Shown: piece by piece, positions 34,701 to 42,982 of the stretch | How the letters are laid out: each line of letters begins with the position of its first letter | Numbering within the stretch: the first letter of the stretch is position 1 | Assembly (NCBI GenBank): GCA_963738405.1 | Contig: CAVTWJ010000002.1 | Span: 136,575-200,574, forward strand | Length of the DNA: 64,000 nt | Source: a candidate division FCPU426 bacterium | GTDB taxonomy: Bacteria > Oederibacteriota > Muellerivitia > Muellerivitales > Muellerivitaceae | Direction of reading: 5' to 3' | Notes under the pieces: model-generated | Told to the model about the DNA's origin: nothing | Seen by the model: the letters and a program-made list of their open reading frames with translations, nothing else | Database searches by the model: none | Translations under genes and position numbers: made by a program

Positions 34701-37576
34701 GAGAAGCTGTCCCCCGTGCCCGAATAGTTGATGGGGCCCACCCAATCGGATTGCCCGTTATTGGTGTCGGTCACGAAGGCGTAGCTGGTGGAATTGACGC
34801 CCGTCGGACCGTTGGGGTTGATGTTGAGCAGGAAGGCCCGGCAGGCCCCGTTTCCGGAATCGGACGTGACGCAGGAGAGCGAGCTGGAAGCGATGGAATC
34901 GCCCGGGTATTCCAGGTTCAGGGAGCCGACCATCTTCGAATCCCAAACGGTGGTGCCGGTAGAATCATACAGGTCGGCCCGGAACTGCTGGCTCAAGGCG
35001 GGCGGGCCCTGGGTCACGCCCATGGCCTCCGCGGGGATGGTCCAGGTGAAATTGGTACAGGTATAGGTGACCGGCCCAAACATCGAGGAACTGCCGTTGG
35101 AAACGTTGGTGAGCTTCACCATGCTCACCTGGGTGGCCGCGCAGGCGGGGGTGTAGGGGTAGATCGTGAAATTGAAGACCGAGCAATTCCCGTCCTCCAG
35201 GGTGGTGTTGCAGGCCAGGCTGGTGGTGTAGATATAGCCCGGAGGCGCCTCCAGGGAGATGGGCGAACCCGAAGGTGTAATCACTCCATAGGTCACGCCC
35301 TTGGTGGCGTCCAGAAGGATCACGCTCAAGTTGGCCGAGACCGGGCTGGAGGTGGAAGTGACCCCGAAGGATTCACCCGAGAGGTTGGCGGTGAAGGTGG
35401 TTCCCCCGCCGTTGTAGCCCCAGGGGCCGACGAAGGCGCTGGTACTGTTGGAGAGGTCCTTGACCAGCGCGTAGCTTTCGGAGTTGAACCCGGTGGGGCC
35501 GTTGGCGTTGATGGCCAGTTGAAAGACCCTGCAGGCTCCGTCGCCCGCGTCGCTGTTGATACAGGAAACCGCTGCGGAAGAAAGGGAGGGTGTGTTAATA
35601 GGTGTGGAACTGGCCGTGGGCGAGGCGGTGGGGGTGGAGGTGGTTGTCGCCGTCTGGGTGGCCGTCAAGGTGGAGGTCGGGGTGACGGTCATCGTGGCCG
35701 TCAGGGTGGCGGTGGCCGTAACCGTAGAGGTGGAGGTCGCGAGGCTGGTGGCGGTGGCAGTCGGCGACAGGGTCACGGTTGAGGTCACCGTAAAGGTGGA
35801 GGTGTTGGAAGCGGTCGGCGTGACAGAGGGCGTAGCCGTGGGCGATAGGGTAAGGGTGGGGCTGTTCGTGACCGTAGGGGAAAGGGTGATGGTCGGGGTT
35901 GAGGTGGCGGTGAAGGTCGAAGTTGAAGTGGGCGTGTTCGTAATGGTAGGCGAAAGGGTGATGGTGGGGCTGTTCGTGACCGTCGGTGTCAGGGTGGCGG
36001 TGGAGGTGGCCGTGGGGGTGGGTGAATCCGATCCGGTCGGTGTGGCGGTAGGTGTGCCCGTGGCCGTTGAAGTCGTCGTGGGCGTAGAGGTGGGAGTCGG
36101 CGAAAGGGTAATGGTTGGGGTGTTGGTGGCGGATGCGGACCCTGTCGGGGTGGAGGAGGCCGTAGGCGTTCCGGTGTTGGTGGGCGATGAAGTCACCGTG
36201 GGGGTATTGGTAATGGTAGGTGTGAGGGTGGCCGTTCCGGTGGAAGTGGGAGACGAGGTGATCGTGGGGCTGTTGGTTTTCGTCGGGGAAGAAGTAAACG
36301 TTCCCGTTGGTGTGGAAGTGGAAGTAAATAACGGCGTAGGCGTGCGGGTGGCTGTGGGCGTCGAGGTAAAGGTGGAAGTAGGGCTATTGGTAATCGTAAA
36401 GGTCGCGGTACTGGTGGGCGAAAGGGTGGGGGTTCCGGTATCCGTCCGGGTCGGCGATAAAGTGGGCGTGAAGCTGGGGGTGGGGCTGAAGGTTAGGGTC
36501 GGGGAAAGGGTGGGTGTTCCCGTGTTGGTGGGAGTGGGAGAAAGCGTAGGCGTGGGGGAGAAGGTGGCCGTGGGCGAGTCGGTGGGGGTAAAGGTGTTCG
36601 TGGGCACGTTGGTGGGGGATGGCTGATGGGTGGGGCAAGTCCCCAGGTTGTCCTGGCTGGTGGGGTCAAAAGCGAAATCGCTGCCCATGTTCCAACGGTA
36701 AAAGAACAGGGGTCCGGTAGGCCCCGGCGGGATCAGGCCGAAGGGCTGGTTGGGATTCACGATTTGCAGCCAGGCGTAGCCGTTGGCGCCCGAAACCCCC
36801 AGGGAGACGCAATATACATCCCCCGTCTGAAGGGTGTTCGGGGAGGCTCCCGCCGCCAGCTTGGAAGCGGTGGAATTGGCCGAGAAAGTGGCGGGTACCG
36901 AATCGAAATTCACGATGGGGCCGTTGCCCATGTAGGCGATGCCGTTGGAACCCAGGGCGGTCAGGGCAAAACCGCCCCCCGACACGCCAATCTGCAGGTC
37001 CTGCGATGCCCCCGCGCTGGGGGAAAGGGCATCCGCTTGGAAGGTGAAATAGGCGTTTCCGCCGTACAAGGAGGTATCCACCACATAGCAGTTGCGGTTC
37101 ACCGAACCCATGGTGACGGCGATGTCGCTCACTCCCCCGGCGTTGATGTCCGACAGGGCCGCGCCCATGGCCAGGGCCTGTTGGTTGGAGGGGTTGATCA
37201 TCTCGAAGGACAAGAGCCTGGCGTTTCCCTGGGGCACGGCAATATCAAAATCCAGCTCGCCCGATCCCAGGGAAGAGGTCGCGATGGGCCCTGAATTTCC
37301 GGTCACCTGGGACATGTTGGGTCCCGTGATCGAATAAAGAACCTCGTTGGTCGTCACCCCAAGCAGGCTGGACTTGATTTGATTGGTGATGGGAATCGCG
37401 ACGACGACATTGGCGCCCCGGATGGCCACCACGGGCATGGTGGGAGAAATTTTTCCTTGGCAGCCCCAAAGGATGGCCAAGCCCGTCAAACCCAGCCCCA
37501 ACCCGATGAAGGGGATGATTGATTCCCTTCCCTTCCGGGGGCGCTTGGGCGCTCGGGGTCGGCGGGCCGGGCTCAC
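25715..37576 (-). CDS. Giant (3953 aa) surface lipoprotein/adhesin with T/P/S linker and 14 tandem A/B repeat pairs
   Basis: Lipobox-like LWGC, ~350-aa Thr/Pro/Ser tract, then 28 ~115-120-aa beta-rich domains mostly ending in LE[AYT]P-like motifs. Confidence 0.85.
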   Translation of the reverse strand: MSPARRPRAPKRPRKGRESIIPFIGLGLGLTGLAILWGCQGKISPTMPVVAIRGANVVVAIPITNQIKSSLLGVTTNEVLYSITGPNMSQVTGNSGPIATSSLGSGELDFDIAVPQGNARLLSFEMINPSNQQALAMGAALSDINAGGVSDIAVTMGSVNRNCYVVDTSLYGGNAYFTFQADALSPSAGASQDLQIGVSGGGFALTALGSNGIAYMGNGPIVNFDSVPATFSANSTASKLAAGASPNTLQTGDVYCVSLGVSGANGYAWLQIVNPNQPFGLIPPGPTGPLFFYRWNMGSDFAFDPTSQDNLGTCPTHQPSPTNVPTNTFTPTDSPTATFSPTPTLSPTPTNTGTPTLSPTLTFSPTPSFTPTLSPTRTDTGTPTLSPTSTATFTITNSPTSTFTSTPTATRTPTPLFTSTSTPTGTFTSSPTKTNSPTITSSPTSTGTATLTPTITNTPTVTSSPTNTGTPTASSTPTGSASATNTPTITLSPTPTSTPTTTSTATGTPTATPTGSDSPTPTATSTATLTPTVTNSPTITLSPTITNTPTSTSTFTATSTPTITLSPTVTNSPTLTLSPTATPSVTPTASNTSTFTVTSTVTLSPTATATSLATSTSTVTATATLTATMTVTPTSTLTATQTATTTSTPTASPTASSTPINTPSLSSAAVSCINSDAGDGACRVFQLAINANGPTGFNSESYALVKDLSNSTSAFVGPWGYNGGGTTFTANLSGESFGVTSTSSPVSANLSVILLDATKGVTYGVITPSGSPISLEAPPGYIYTTSLACNTTLEDGNCSVFNFTIYPYTPACAATQVSMVKLTNVSNGSSSMFGPVTYTCTNFTWTIPAEAMGVTQGPPALSQQFRADLYDSTGTTVWDSKMVGSLNLEYPGDSIASSSLSCVTSDSGNGACRAFLLNINPNGPTGVNSTSYAFVTDTNNGQSDWVGPINYSGTGDSFSVTLQPEDFGITSAVSQVQANFTVKLYNATENTILDTSIPSGSPLTLEGPSEYIYSHSFNCVTTAQDGACQYFTFNTTLNNPAASPVTTFVRLTDQTGPATLYLGPFVNNGPGNQAYAVTLDGELMGLTPGQTAPNHVFEETLTDPSGVTVLDDQNAGTFSYEYAANYLAGSTASCVLSDSGNGACQGFALTVDADGPAGVTSVGTALVTDTTNGQTMWIGPWNYVGNGYSYTVTLLGNDFGLTTNSAAVSTNLTVKLYDATETVLQDTDVPAGSPLTLEYPKEFINSNSFSCQTLAEDGNCALFTFNTGLDNPGSNPMTTQVVLTDQTRGVSVFLGPFVNNGGGNQAYAVTLNGAEFNLSAGQAAVGDSFLEQLYDASGVTLMDTRTAGTLSYEYPTDYLAGTSVTPFITDSGNGATRSFILNINANGPPGVNSISYALVTATKNSASTIVGPFTYTGTGSSYSVTLNGSYFGLTTNAAPITTGLNVKLYNAAQNLVLDSSTPSGSPLTLEAPAVYLYGPSYNTFGCQTTAQDGNCVYFTFNTDLYAPFSATTPVTTLVKLIDTNASPQPVTLTLGPFVNTNGSNQGHSVTLNAASFGLAPGQTAVNQTFQEQLLDAGGTTILDQQPAQNLSYEYPSPYLASASVSVLATDPGNGAVQRFVLRVSATGPTGEQSSNSAEIIDNQNSAATFVGPWTYTGSGYTYSVTLMGTSFGLTSNAAPVSTGFTVKLFDSTEAHWLDTITPTGAPITLEAPSEFIYGPGYNTFACLTAAEDGNCTEFTFNTDLDAPFSATTPVTTLVKLENLTSGVTLTLGPFVNNNGGNAGHAVTLNGASFGLSAGQTAVNQQFYEQLYDASGVTLLDQMPAQTFSYETPANYFGSASVSVLSTDPGNGAVQRFLLTVNTNGPPGLPSSNYAIVTDNTNSSTTQIGPWTYTGTGTLAVTMNGSNFGLITNAAPVSTSFTLKLYNPQNQWLDTITPTGAPISLEAPLEFIYGPGYNTFGCLTTAEDGNCTYFTYNTDLDAPFSATTPVTTLVKLIDSNALPLPVTLTLGPFVNNNGGNAAHAVTLNGASFGLTPGQTAMNQQFYEQLFDASGVTLLDQQPAQTFSYETPANYLASTSLSPIYFDSGTGAYQAIAMTINPNGPTGLQSISYADVIDTTNASTVWVGPITYVGSGDSYSVTLSTNDFNFTTASGPVSSNFIVKLYDETQVHWLDTSTPLGSPVTLEAPLGYIYSNSFSSLVMAEDGNAVTFNFNTTLDTPGASAVSFEYALVDQSIPATVFFGPVSNAQGNHAYAVTLNGASFGLSAGQEALNQQFTEQLYDASGVTLLGVSPVGTLSLENNNTTTADTLLGSGITPLLPGTGGSYQTFALSVTLGSSGAVTSTDWAYVTDLTDNKSVSVGPFTYSGPVTATFPVTLRASDFSITSTTPASKAFAVTLNSNTSPVTVLGTGIPTGSPISLVAPTQFLFRNSGYNDLSCQTVAEDGNCETFNFNYYVTSPSGASVTTYLQLVDLSASGGPVTVSAGAVTDTNGGSTSGTFSILAQQFGVTTPGQIALNQQFEELLYADSGGVTLLDTYPMGTLNLETPSPYLASSSISCVQTDLGDGACQQFLLTLNPMGPAGVNQTCYASVADLTNKTHTTVGPFTFNGTGPGYSVTLNGNQFSLNTAGAVTSASFAVTLLAANDTTVLNTSIPAGSPISFEAPEQFLLHNTNNEVTCLTQTGDGNCESFTFNYYLNGPSGPTVISYIKLVDLTASGGPITVNYGPVTDTNGGATSGSFTLLAQQFGVTTGGQIASNQQFQEYLYADSGGVTQLDTYPLGTLNLEAPSPYLASSSISCIQSDLGNGACQQFLLTLNPVGPAGVTKTCYASVADLTNNTHTTVGPFTFNGAGSASATLSGLNFSLNTAGAVTSASFAVTLLAENDSTVLNTSIPSGSPVSFEAPEQYLLHNTNNEVICLTTADDGNCEGFNFNYYLNSPSGPTVVSYLKLVDLTASGGPLTINYGPVTATNGGAISGSFLVLPKQLGMSTPGQIALNQVFEEYLYADAGGVTLLDSYPLGTLNLETPSPYLNTASVSCLVNDPATGACRSILLTLNPIGPAGVTRTVYANVYDLSNGHAALQEGPFTFTGTGSFPVTIRGTDFGLATANLPVSTAMAVTLYDQTKSHILDQAVPAGSPLTMEAPLQYFLNNGTFSPTSTGEDGNWQAFNYAPYVNAPGSATVTTMVKLIDLSNSTTVVFPPLVDTNGGGYNPSFPLLPAQFGVTAQAQIVTNQTFMAQLYDSSGVTLLDTVYPGTLNLEAPTLYLTGSSVTPLVTDTVNGAWQQVLLTLNVNAPAGNPKTSYAYVVDTSNNKNVWLGPWTYSGPSASLAATISGTTFSLTTAGLPVSTALAVTLYNDNETQPEGASVPTGSPMTLEAPLQYINSASFSCQTTAEDGNCEDFGLVAYLTSPGTTTVISRMKLIDLSNGVTVPFGPITDLNGGADDNTYYFTPQQFGVTMAGQTALSQNFALQLYDSTGVTLLDQKYPGTLNLENPSPFITSSALNCLTTDGGNGACQAFQLNLNTQGPAGVRETNYANVANSFNATITTIGPFSYTGTGSFSVTLSGKELGLSTASLPVSMQMAVTLYNSAQTKPLGVSFPAGGVPVTLETPPAYIDYTAFSNGTVAEDGNLNTFNFILYPYTPACATTQTSMIRLWDLTNGNSVTLGPVTYTCTSYSWTLTPAQFGVLPGGSALNQKFVAQLLDSTGTQVWDVQPVGTLNLEYPQDYMNSSAVNCLTTDGGNGSCQAFQLQINANAPAGVTQVSYAWVNNNSNNHGLYVGPFSYTGLGSSFTVTLSGYDLGLTTANNPAPAQLAVTLYNQAKSQVFSYGTPAGSPITLEEPPAFIDTASLASPATFLAEDGNSIGFNFTVYPYTPGCTTQTSMIRIVDVTNGNYVWLGPYTYTCSSFVIPVQATQFGLTPGQIAANQNFVAELYNSTGTAIWDTWQLGTFSIEGP

Positions 37577-38787
37577 AGGTTCACCTCGTAATGGGTGCTG
37601 AAGGTCCAGTGGCTGTAATCAATATTGACCTGCCCGACGGAGGTATTGACGTTGTCCCAAACCACATAATCGTAGCCCGCGGAAACGCGAAGAGAAGAGC
37701 TGGAATCCAATTTCAGTCTCAGGGTGGGTTCCAGGCCCAACAGCCACCCTCCCCCGTCGTAATTGACGAAGTCGCTGGAGGGATAACCGTTCGCCAAAAC
37801 ATATTTCGCGCGGGCCGAAACCAAAAAATCGCCGAAGGCGTAGCTGGGATAAAAATAAAACCGGGGCGCGAGGGAGTTGTTGGGCTCGGTCGCCAGCTGG
37901 CTGGTGCCCGGTACGGCATTTTGGGTCGGGAGAAAATACTGCCCCCCCGCCTCAAAGGAAAAGGCCTTGGGGTTTTTCCAGGCGAAGGAAGCGTTCAGGT
38001 TGGGGCCCATTTCAAGAAGGTTGGACCCGTCCAACTGGGTGGGCAGGAAATAAAAAGCCGAAAGGCGGATGATGTCGCTTTCGCCGTTGCCGTGGTCCGC
38101 CACGCGGTTGACGGAAAGAAAGGTGGAATCCCCCAGTTTCAACTGCACGGCGGGCACCCCTTCCCCGTAGCTGGGGTTGAAGGCCCCCGAATAGAGGTAG
38201 CCCACCGCCACCCCGTACTGCTCGCTTCCCGCCTGGAGGGAAACGCCGTAGAGAAAGCTCAAGCCAAAACCCCGCCCCCGGTAGTCGCTATCGATGAATT
38301 CGGTTGGGATGACGGAACCGGTTTGCTTGGTTTCCCAGGCCGGGTCGCCCGTGGGAAGGTTGATCCCGACGTTCAGCAGGGAGGGCAAGTTGAAACTCTC
38401 GAAACCCGTCTCCAACCCTATGACCGAGTCGGTGAGGTTGGTTAAGTTATCGGTCCCGGTTCCCGATTCGGCGCCCATGTAATTGCCGCTGGCGAATTGG
38501 GTTTGGCCGTAGATGCGGGCGTCTTTCCAAGGGATCACCGAAAGGGTGAGGGGTACCAGAAATTCCGAGCCGCCGGGTAAGGCATTGGAATCCCAACTGA
38601 CATATTGGGCACCCAGATCGATCGAGCCCCAGAAAGCCTTGGCGGGGGCTTCAACGGGAGTGGCCGTAGGGGTTTGGGTGGTTTGGGCCAAAAGGGGTGA
38701 AAGAACCGCTTCCCCCAGAAAACATACGGCGAAAAGGCCTATATATAAGAAGCGAAGCCGGGGGATGGGAGGCTTATAAGGGCTCAT
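37573..38787 (-). CDS. Outer-membrane beta-barrel protein
   Basis: Signal peptide, alternating amphipathic strands rich in aromatics, C-terminal WTFSTHYEVNL; stop overlaps the giant gene start (GTGA). Confidence 0.7.
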   Translation of the reverse strand: MSPYKPPIPRLRFLYIGLFAVCFLGEAVLSPLLAQTTQTPTATPVEAPAKAFWGSIDLGAQYVSWDSNALPGGSEFLVPLTLSVIPWKDARIYGQTQFASGNYMGAESGTGTDNLTNLTDSVIGLETGFESFNLPSLLNVGINLPTGDPAWETKQTGSVIPTEFIDSDYRGRGFGLSFLYGVSLQAGSEQYGVAVGYLYSGAFNPSYGEGVPAVQLKLGDSTFLSVNRVADHGNGESDIIRLSAFYFLPTQLDGSNLLEMGPNLNASFAWKNPKAFSFEAGGQYFLPTQNAVPGTSQLATEPNNSLAPRFYFYPSYAFGDFLVSARAKYVLANGYPSSDFVNYDGGGWLLGLEPTLRLKLDSSSSLRVSAGYDYVVWDNVNTSVGQVNIDYSHWTFSTHYEVNL

Positions 38788-39818
38788 GGCGCCCCCTCAC
38801 CCGTAGGTACGATCAATTGGATATGGATGGTTTGCAGGGCGGAATTGAGGTTGTTGTCGCCGTTGACCACGATTCCGCCGAGGAATTGGCCGTTCAAGTC
38901 GCCCAGGGAACTATTGGGCTGGTAGCCGTTCCCGGTATCGCCTGAAGTGGGATTGGGTACCCCAGAACCGGTGTTATCTCCGCCAGTTCCGGTGCCGCCC
39001 GTACCCGAATTATCACCGCCCGGTCCGCTAGTTCCCCCGGTGTCGCTGGAACCTCCCGTGCCGGAAGATCCGCCGGTTCCGGTGCCACTGGAACCAGTGC
39101 CACTGGAACCAGTGCCGCCCTTGCTCCCCGGGGGCGGCGGAGGGGCGGTGCCGACCTTCCCGTCCCAAGTACCGTTTACGAAATGAGCGTGCTGGCCATA
39201 GGTAAATAATTGGGTGTTTCCCCCGGCGGTGGCGCCCACCTTCCCCTGGAAGACATCCAGGTTCAATTGGTGATTGTCCGGATTGTATCCCAGGGTAAAG
39301 GCCGTGCCCCGGACGCCGCAGATGACCCCGCCCGCGTTAATTTCAAAGCTGGATTTGGAGGAAAGAAGCTTACTCACCTGGGCGAAAACCTTGCCCACGC
39401 CCAGGTCGAATAGGAAATTCTTGATCTTTGAGGAGGGCTGCTTCAGGTTCTCGATTTTTAATTTCGTGTTGGAGGAAAGACTTAAGGTGGACCCATCCGG
39501 CAGGGTCAGGTCGGTCTCTGATTTCGGCCCCACGACAACCGTTTCGCCGGGGAAGGCGGATTGGCCGCTCAAGACCCGGCGAGATTGCCCCCCGGGGTTC
39601 AACACATGCACCAACCCAATGACGGAAGTTAAGGTAGCTTGTTCATCCGTGCTTCCCCAACCCTGGGCGAGGGAACCCGACAAAAGATAAAGAGCTGAGA
39701 AAACGAGAGCCCTTAATGGACTCACGGGTTTCCAAACATAAAAAGTTCCTCTTAATACTTCAAATTGGGGAGGTGTGGGTTTTTGAAAAACCCCGATGGG
39801 TTCGGGACCGTTTCTCAA
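38784..39818 (-). CDS. FecR-domain protein with Gly/Ser/Thr-rich tail
   Basis: LPDGSTLSLSSNT, GVRGTAF, DVFQGKV; true start possibly near 39725. Confidence 0.8.
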   Translation of the reverse strand: MRNGPEPIGVFQKPTPPQFEVLRGTFYVWKPVSPLRALVFSALYLLSGSLAQGWGSTDEQATLTSVIGLVHVLNPGGQSRRVLSGQSAFPGETVVVGPKSETDLTLPDGSTLSLSSNTKLKIENLKQPSSKIKNFLFDLGVGKVFAQVSKLLSSKSSFEINAGGVICGVRGTAFTLGYNPDNHQLNLDVFQGKVGATAGGNTQLFTYGQHAHFVNGTWDGKVGTAPPPPPGSKGGTGSSGTGSSGTGTGGSSGTGGSSDTGGTSGPGGDNSGTGGTGTGGDNTGSGVPNPTSGDTGNGYQPNSSLGDLNGQFLGGIVVNGDNNLNSALQTIHIQLIVPTGEGAP

Positions 39819-39904
39819 AAGTGGGCGGGGTTTAACTTTGATTGATTTCCGGTATCCGTGGATTCCTGAAATCGGGTTAGGTGTTCCTGGTTTAAATTAA
39901 ACTT

Positions 39905-40141
39905 TTAGTGAACGGTGACACTGCGGCGATGGGTTTGGCCCGTGATGGGATTCTGTTTGGAACCCCTTTTACCCTTGGCGCTGGGCGTGGAGACAGCTAA
40001 GGGCGTGCCAATGACGGTTGGTTTAATGGGATTTTCTCGACTGCCTAAAGGCGCCCCGTTAGAATTTGATTGGGCCCAGGTAACGGCCAAAGGAATGGCC
40101 GTAACTAAAAGGGCTGCTGCCAAGTACCGATAACGAACCAT
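39905..40141 (-). CDS. Small secreted hypothetical protein
   Basis: GGAGG RBS, signal peptide, internal GSxxNPI repeat. Confidence 0.6.
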   Translation of the reverse strand: MVRYRYLAAALLVTAIPLAVTWAQSNSNGAPLGSRENPIKPTVIGTPLAVSTPSAKGKRGSKQNPITGQTHRRSVTVH

Positions 40142-40511
40142 AAAGTCCTCCCCCGTGAGCCGGAAATTGATTTACATTTCCTAATCTCGACAAATGACAA
40201 TAGCAAATAATTGGGTTTTTTTGATGGGGTTTTTAAAGAATTTACAGACGTTTCCAACGTTTTTGTAAACGCGTTCGGAGCCCCATTAACCTACTTTTAA
40301 GCCTTTCCGAACGAAACAAAGGGCATTAATGACACATCAAGTAAACGCGGGGCGCATAGTCGGGCTACTGGACGTTGATGCTAACGGCGGCGAGGTTTCT
40401 GTTGTTTCCATAGAAAAGGCCTTTTGATAAGCCGCCCCTATCGCCGCCTCATCATCGGCGAACAAGAGGGTGAAAAATGAATGGAACCACAATCACCTTA
40501 AAACACTTTTC

Positions 40512-42071
40512 TCAATGCCCCGCCGCGTTTTCAGGCGTTGGCGCTTTCGTTTTCTGAACCAAAGCGATCAGGATCACGCTGATAAAAAACATGACTCCAA
40601 TGGCCATAAAGCAATCGCTGTAAGACATCACGAAGGCCTCCCGGTTGAGGGTGCTGAAAACCGAGGCCATGGCCTGGCTCAATCCCTCCCCCGGGGCTCG
40701 CAGGGCCAAAAGGCCCGCCCGGTGCGAAAGGCCCCCCTGGGCGGCCAGCGAGAAACGGCTGGTGGCCTCGGCCAGGCGGGTGAAATGCAGGTGGTAGCGG
40801 TTGTTCAAAAGCGCCCCTAAAAGCCCGATGCCGATGGAACCTCCCAGGTTTCGCATCATGTTAAAAAGCCCCGAGGCCGAACCCATCTCCCCCGGCTCCA
40901 ATCCCCGGTAGGCCAGGTTCGACATGCAGGTGATGATGAGCGGCTGGCCCAGGGCCCGCACCACCTGCGACCAGAGAAACTGGTCGTAGCCCCAGTCTTT
41001 CGTCAGCCCGGCGTTCATAAAGGCGCTGATGCCGAACAAAACAAACCCCGCCCCCGCCAAAATGCGGTTATCGACCCTCTTCACCAGGGTCGGCAAAATG
41101 GGAATGACCAAAAGCTGGGGAAAGCCCGACCACATGATCACTTCCCCGATATGGATAGCGTCAAACCGCTCCACCTGGGCCAGGTACAGCGGCAGGATAA
41201 AGATGGAGCCGTAGATGCCGAAGCCGAAAGCCAGGGCCCCCAGGTTGACCAGCAAAAAGTTGGGGCGAAGCAGCAGCCGGATATTGATAAAGGGTTTGGG
41301 GTTTCGTATTTCCACCGCCAAAAAAGCCAAGGCCGAGGCCAAGAACAGAAGGGCCAGGGAAACAATCAAGTTGGACCCGAACCAGTCTTTGCGCACGCCT
41401 TCTTCCAGCACCACCGTCAGCGACCCCAGGGCCGTTCCCATAGAAAGAATTCCCCACCAATCCCCGTGGCTCAAAAGCTCCAGCTTCATATCGCTCTTTT
41501 CAACGCCGTAGCCGATCAACAGCATCAGCAGAAGCCCCGGCACCAGGTTGATGTAGAAAACCAGGGGCCAGGAAAAGTTCACCGTCAGCCATCCCCCCAG
41601 GGTGGGCCCCACGCAGGGGGCAAAGGTCGCGGCCAGGCTGAAGAGGGATAACCCCAAAGGCCTTTGGGCCGCCGGCAGGTAAGTCATCACGATCATGGCG
41701 CTTAAAGGAATCAGCGCCCCGCCCGAAAAGCCCTGAATCACCCGAAAAAGAATCATCTCGGGCAGGCTCTGGGCCGTCCCGCACAACATGGAAGCGGCGA
41801 TAAAAACCGCCGCGCTTCCCAAAAGGTAGCGGCGCAACCCAAAAACCTGTGAAAGCCATCCGGTCAGGGGGATCACGATAATTTCAGCCACCAGGTAAGC
41901 CGTCGAAATCCAGGCCCCCTCGTCCAGGGTGGCGGAAAGCCCCCCCTGAATATCCTGCAGGGAGGCGTTGGTGATGGAGATATCCAAGATCGCCATAAAG
42001 GCCCCCAGGAGGGAGCCCGCCACCGCCACCCACTGGCGGGTCGAGGCCTTGTCGGGAGTTGGAGTGTTCAT
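40512..42071 (-). CDS. DHA2 family MFS efflux permease (EmrB/QacA)
   Basis: GAFMAILDISITN, WISTAYL, RVIQGFSGG, GLFNMMRNLGGSIG. Confidence 0.92.
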   Translation of the reverse strand: MNTPTPDKASTRQWVAVAGSLLGAFMAILDISITNASLQDIQGGLSATLDEGAWISTAYLVAEIIVIPLTGWLSQVFGLRRYLLGSAAVFIAASMLCGTAQSLPEMILFRVIQGFSGGALIPLSAMIVMTYLPAAQRPLGLSLFSLAATFAPCVGPTLGGWLTVNFSWPLVFYINLVPGLLLMLLIGYGVEKSDMKLELLSHGDWWGILSMGTALGSLTVVLEEGVRKDWFGSNLIVSLALLFLASALAFLAVEIRNPKPFINIRLLLRPNFLLVNLGALAFGFGIYGSIFILPLYLAQVERFDAIHIGEVIMWSGFPQLLVIPILPTLVKRVDNRILAGAGFVLFGISAFMNAGLTKDWGYDQFLWSQVVRALGQPLIITCMSNLAYRGLEPGEMGSASGLFNMMRNLGGSIGIGLLGALLNNRYHLHFTRLAEATSRFSLAAQGGLSHRAGLLALRAPGEGLSQAMASVFSTLNREAFVMSYSDCFMAIGVMFFISVILIALVQKTKAPTPENAAGH

Positions 42072-42078
42072 GGCCGCC

Positions 42079-42936
42079 TCAATTCACGATGATTTTGGCC
42101 TCAACCGACAGGCCTGGCACGATACGGTCTTCATAGCCCTGTATCGAATCCGCCAAAAAGCGCAGGCGCACCGGCACCCGCTGGACGATCTTGGTAAAGT
42201 TGCCCGTGGCGTTTTCCGGGGGGATCAAGGCGAAGGTCGATCCGGTACCGGGAGCGATGCTGTCCACCACCGCCTCAAACCGCTTCCCGCCGATGGAATC
42301 AATCGCCACCTCGGCCTTCTGGCCTGGACGTATTTTTCTGAGCTGGGTTTCTTTAAAGTTGGCGTCCACCCAGGGCGTGCCCGCGTCCACGAAGGCAAGC
42401 AACGGCTCGCCGGGGGCCACCACCATGCCCGACTCCACGGCCTTCTTGCCGATGGTGCCGTCCGAAGGCGCGCGTAGCAGGGTGAACTGTAGGTTCAGCT
42501 CGCTTTGCTCGATCTGCGCCCTTAAGGAAGCCCACTGGTTTTCCAGTTCCTGCGCCTTGGCGTTGGCCTCGTCCCGAAACTGGGCGCTCACCGCCCCCTC
42601 GGCGAAAAGGTCCACCGCCCTCTTTTCGTCTTTCTTGGCGAGCGTCAGGCTCGCCTCCACCGACCTGAGCTGGGCTTCCTGCTGGTCCAGGGCGTTTTGG
42701 AAATCCCGGGGGTCGATGGCCACCAGTATCTGGCCCTTCTTGACCTTCTGGTTTTCTTCCACCAAAACCTGCGTCACCAGGCCCGGAACCTTGGTGGAAA
42801 GGGTGGCTACGTTGGCCCCCACATAGGCGTTGTCGGTGGATTCGCTTTTCCCTCCGAGAACCGCCAGAACTCCCAAGAGCAGCGCGGCCCCGATGCCGAT
42901 CCCGAACCCCGTTTGTTTTTTCACTTTGTCCGTCAT
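42079..42936 (-). CDS. HlyD/EmrA family membrane fusion protein
   Basis: STDNAYV, ANFKETQL, PPENATGNFTKIVQRVPV. Confidence 0.92.
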   Translation of the reverse strand: MTDKVKKQTGFGIGIGAALLLGVLAVLGGKSESTDNAYVGANVATLSTKVPGLVTQVLVEENQKVKKGQILVAIDPRDFQNALDQQEAQLRSVEASLTLAKKDEKRAVDLFAEGAVSAQFRDEANAKAQELENQWASLRAQIEQSELNLQFTLLRAPSDGTIGKKAVESGMVVAPGEPLLAFVDAGTPWVDANFKETQLRKIRPGQKAEVAIDSIGGKRFEAVVDSIAPGTGSTFALIPPENATGNFTKIVQRVPVRLRFLADSIQGYEDRIVPGLSVEAKIIVN

Positions 42937-42982
42937 GACTGCCTCCTTAAATTTTGAATGCTCCCCAACCCTTGGAAACTTC

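Noticed and set aside
25802..37337. Many long + strand ORFs, including the Val/Gly-rich 35556..36626
   Set aside because: They are antisense of the giant lipoprotein; the Val/Gly/Glu pattern is the reverse complement of Thr/Pro/Ser codons.
40330..40470. Possible structured RNA between the emrB-like gene and the small secreted gene
   Set aside because: Only weak, imperfect hairpins are present and I recognise no family motif.
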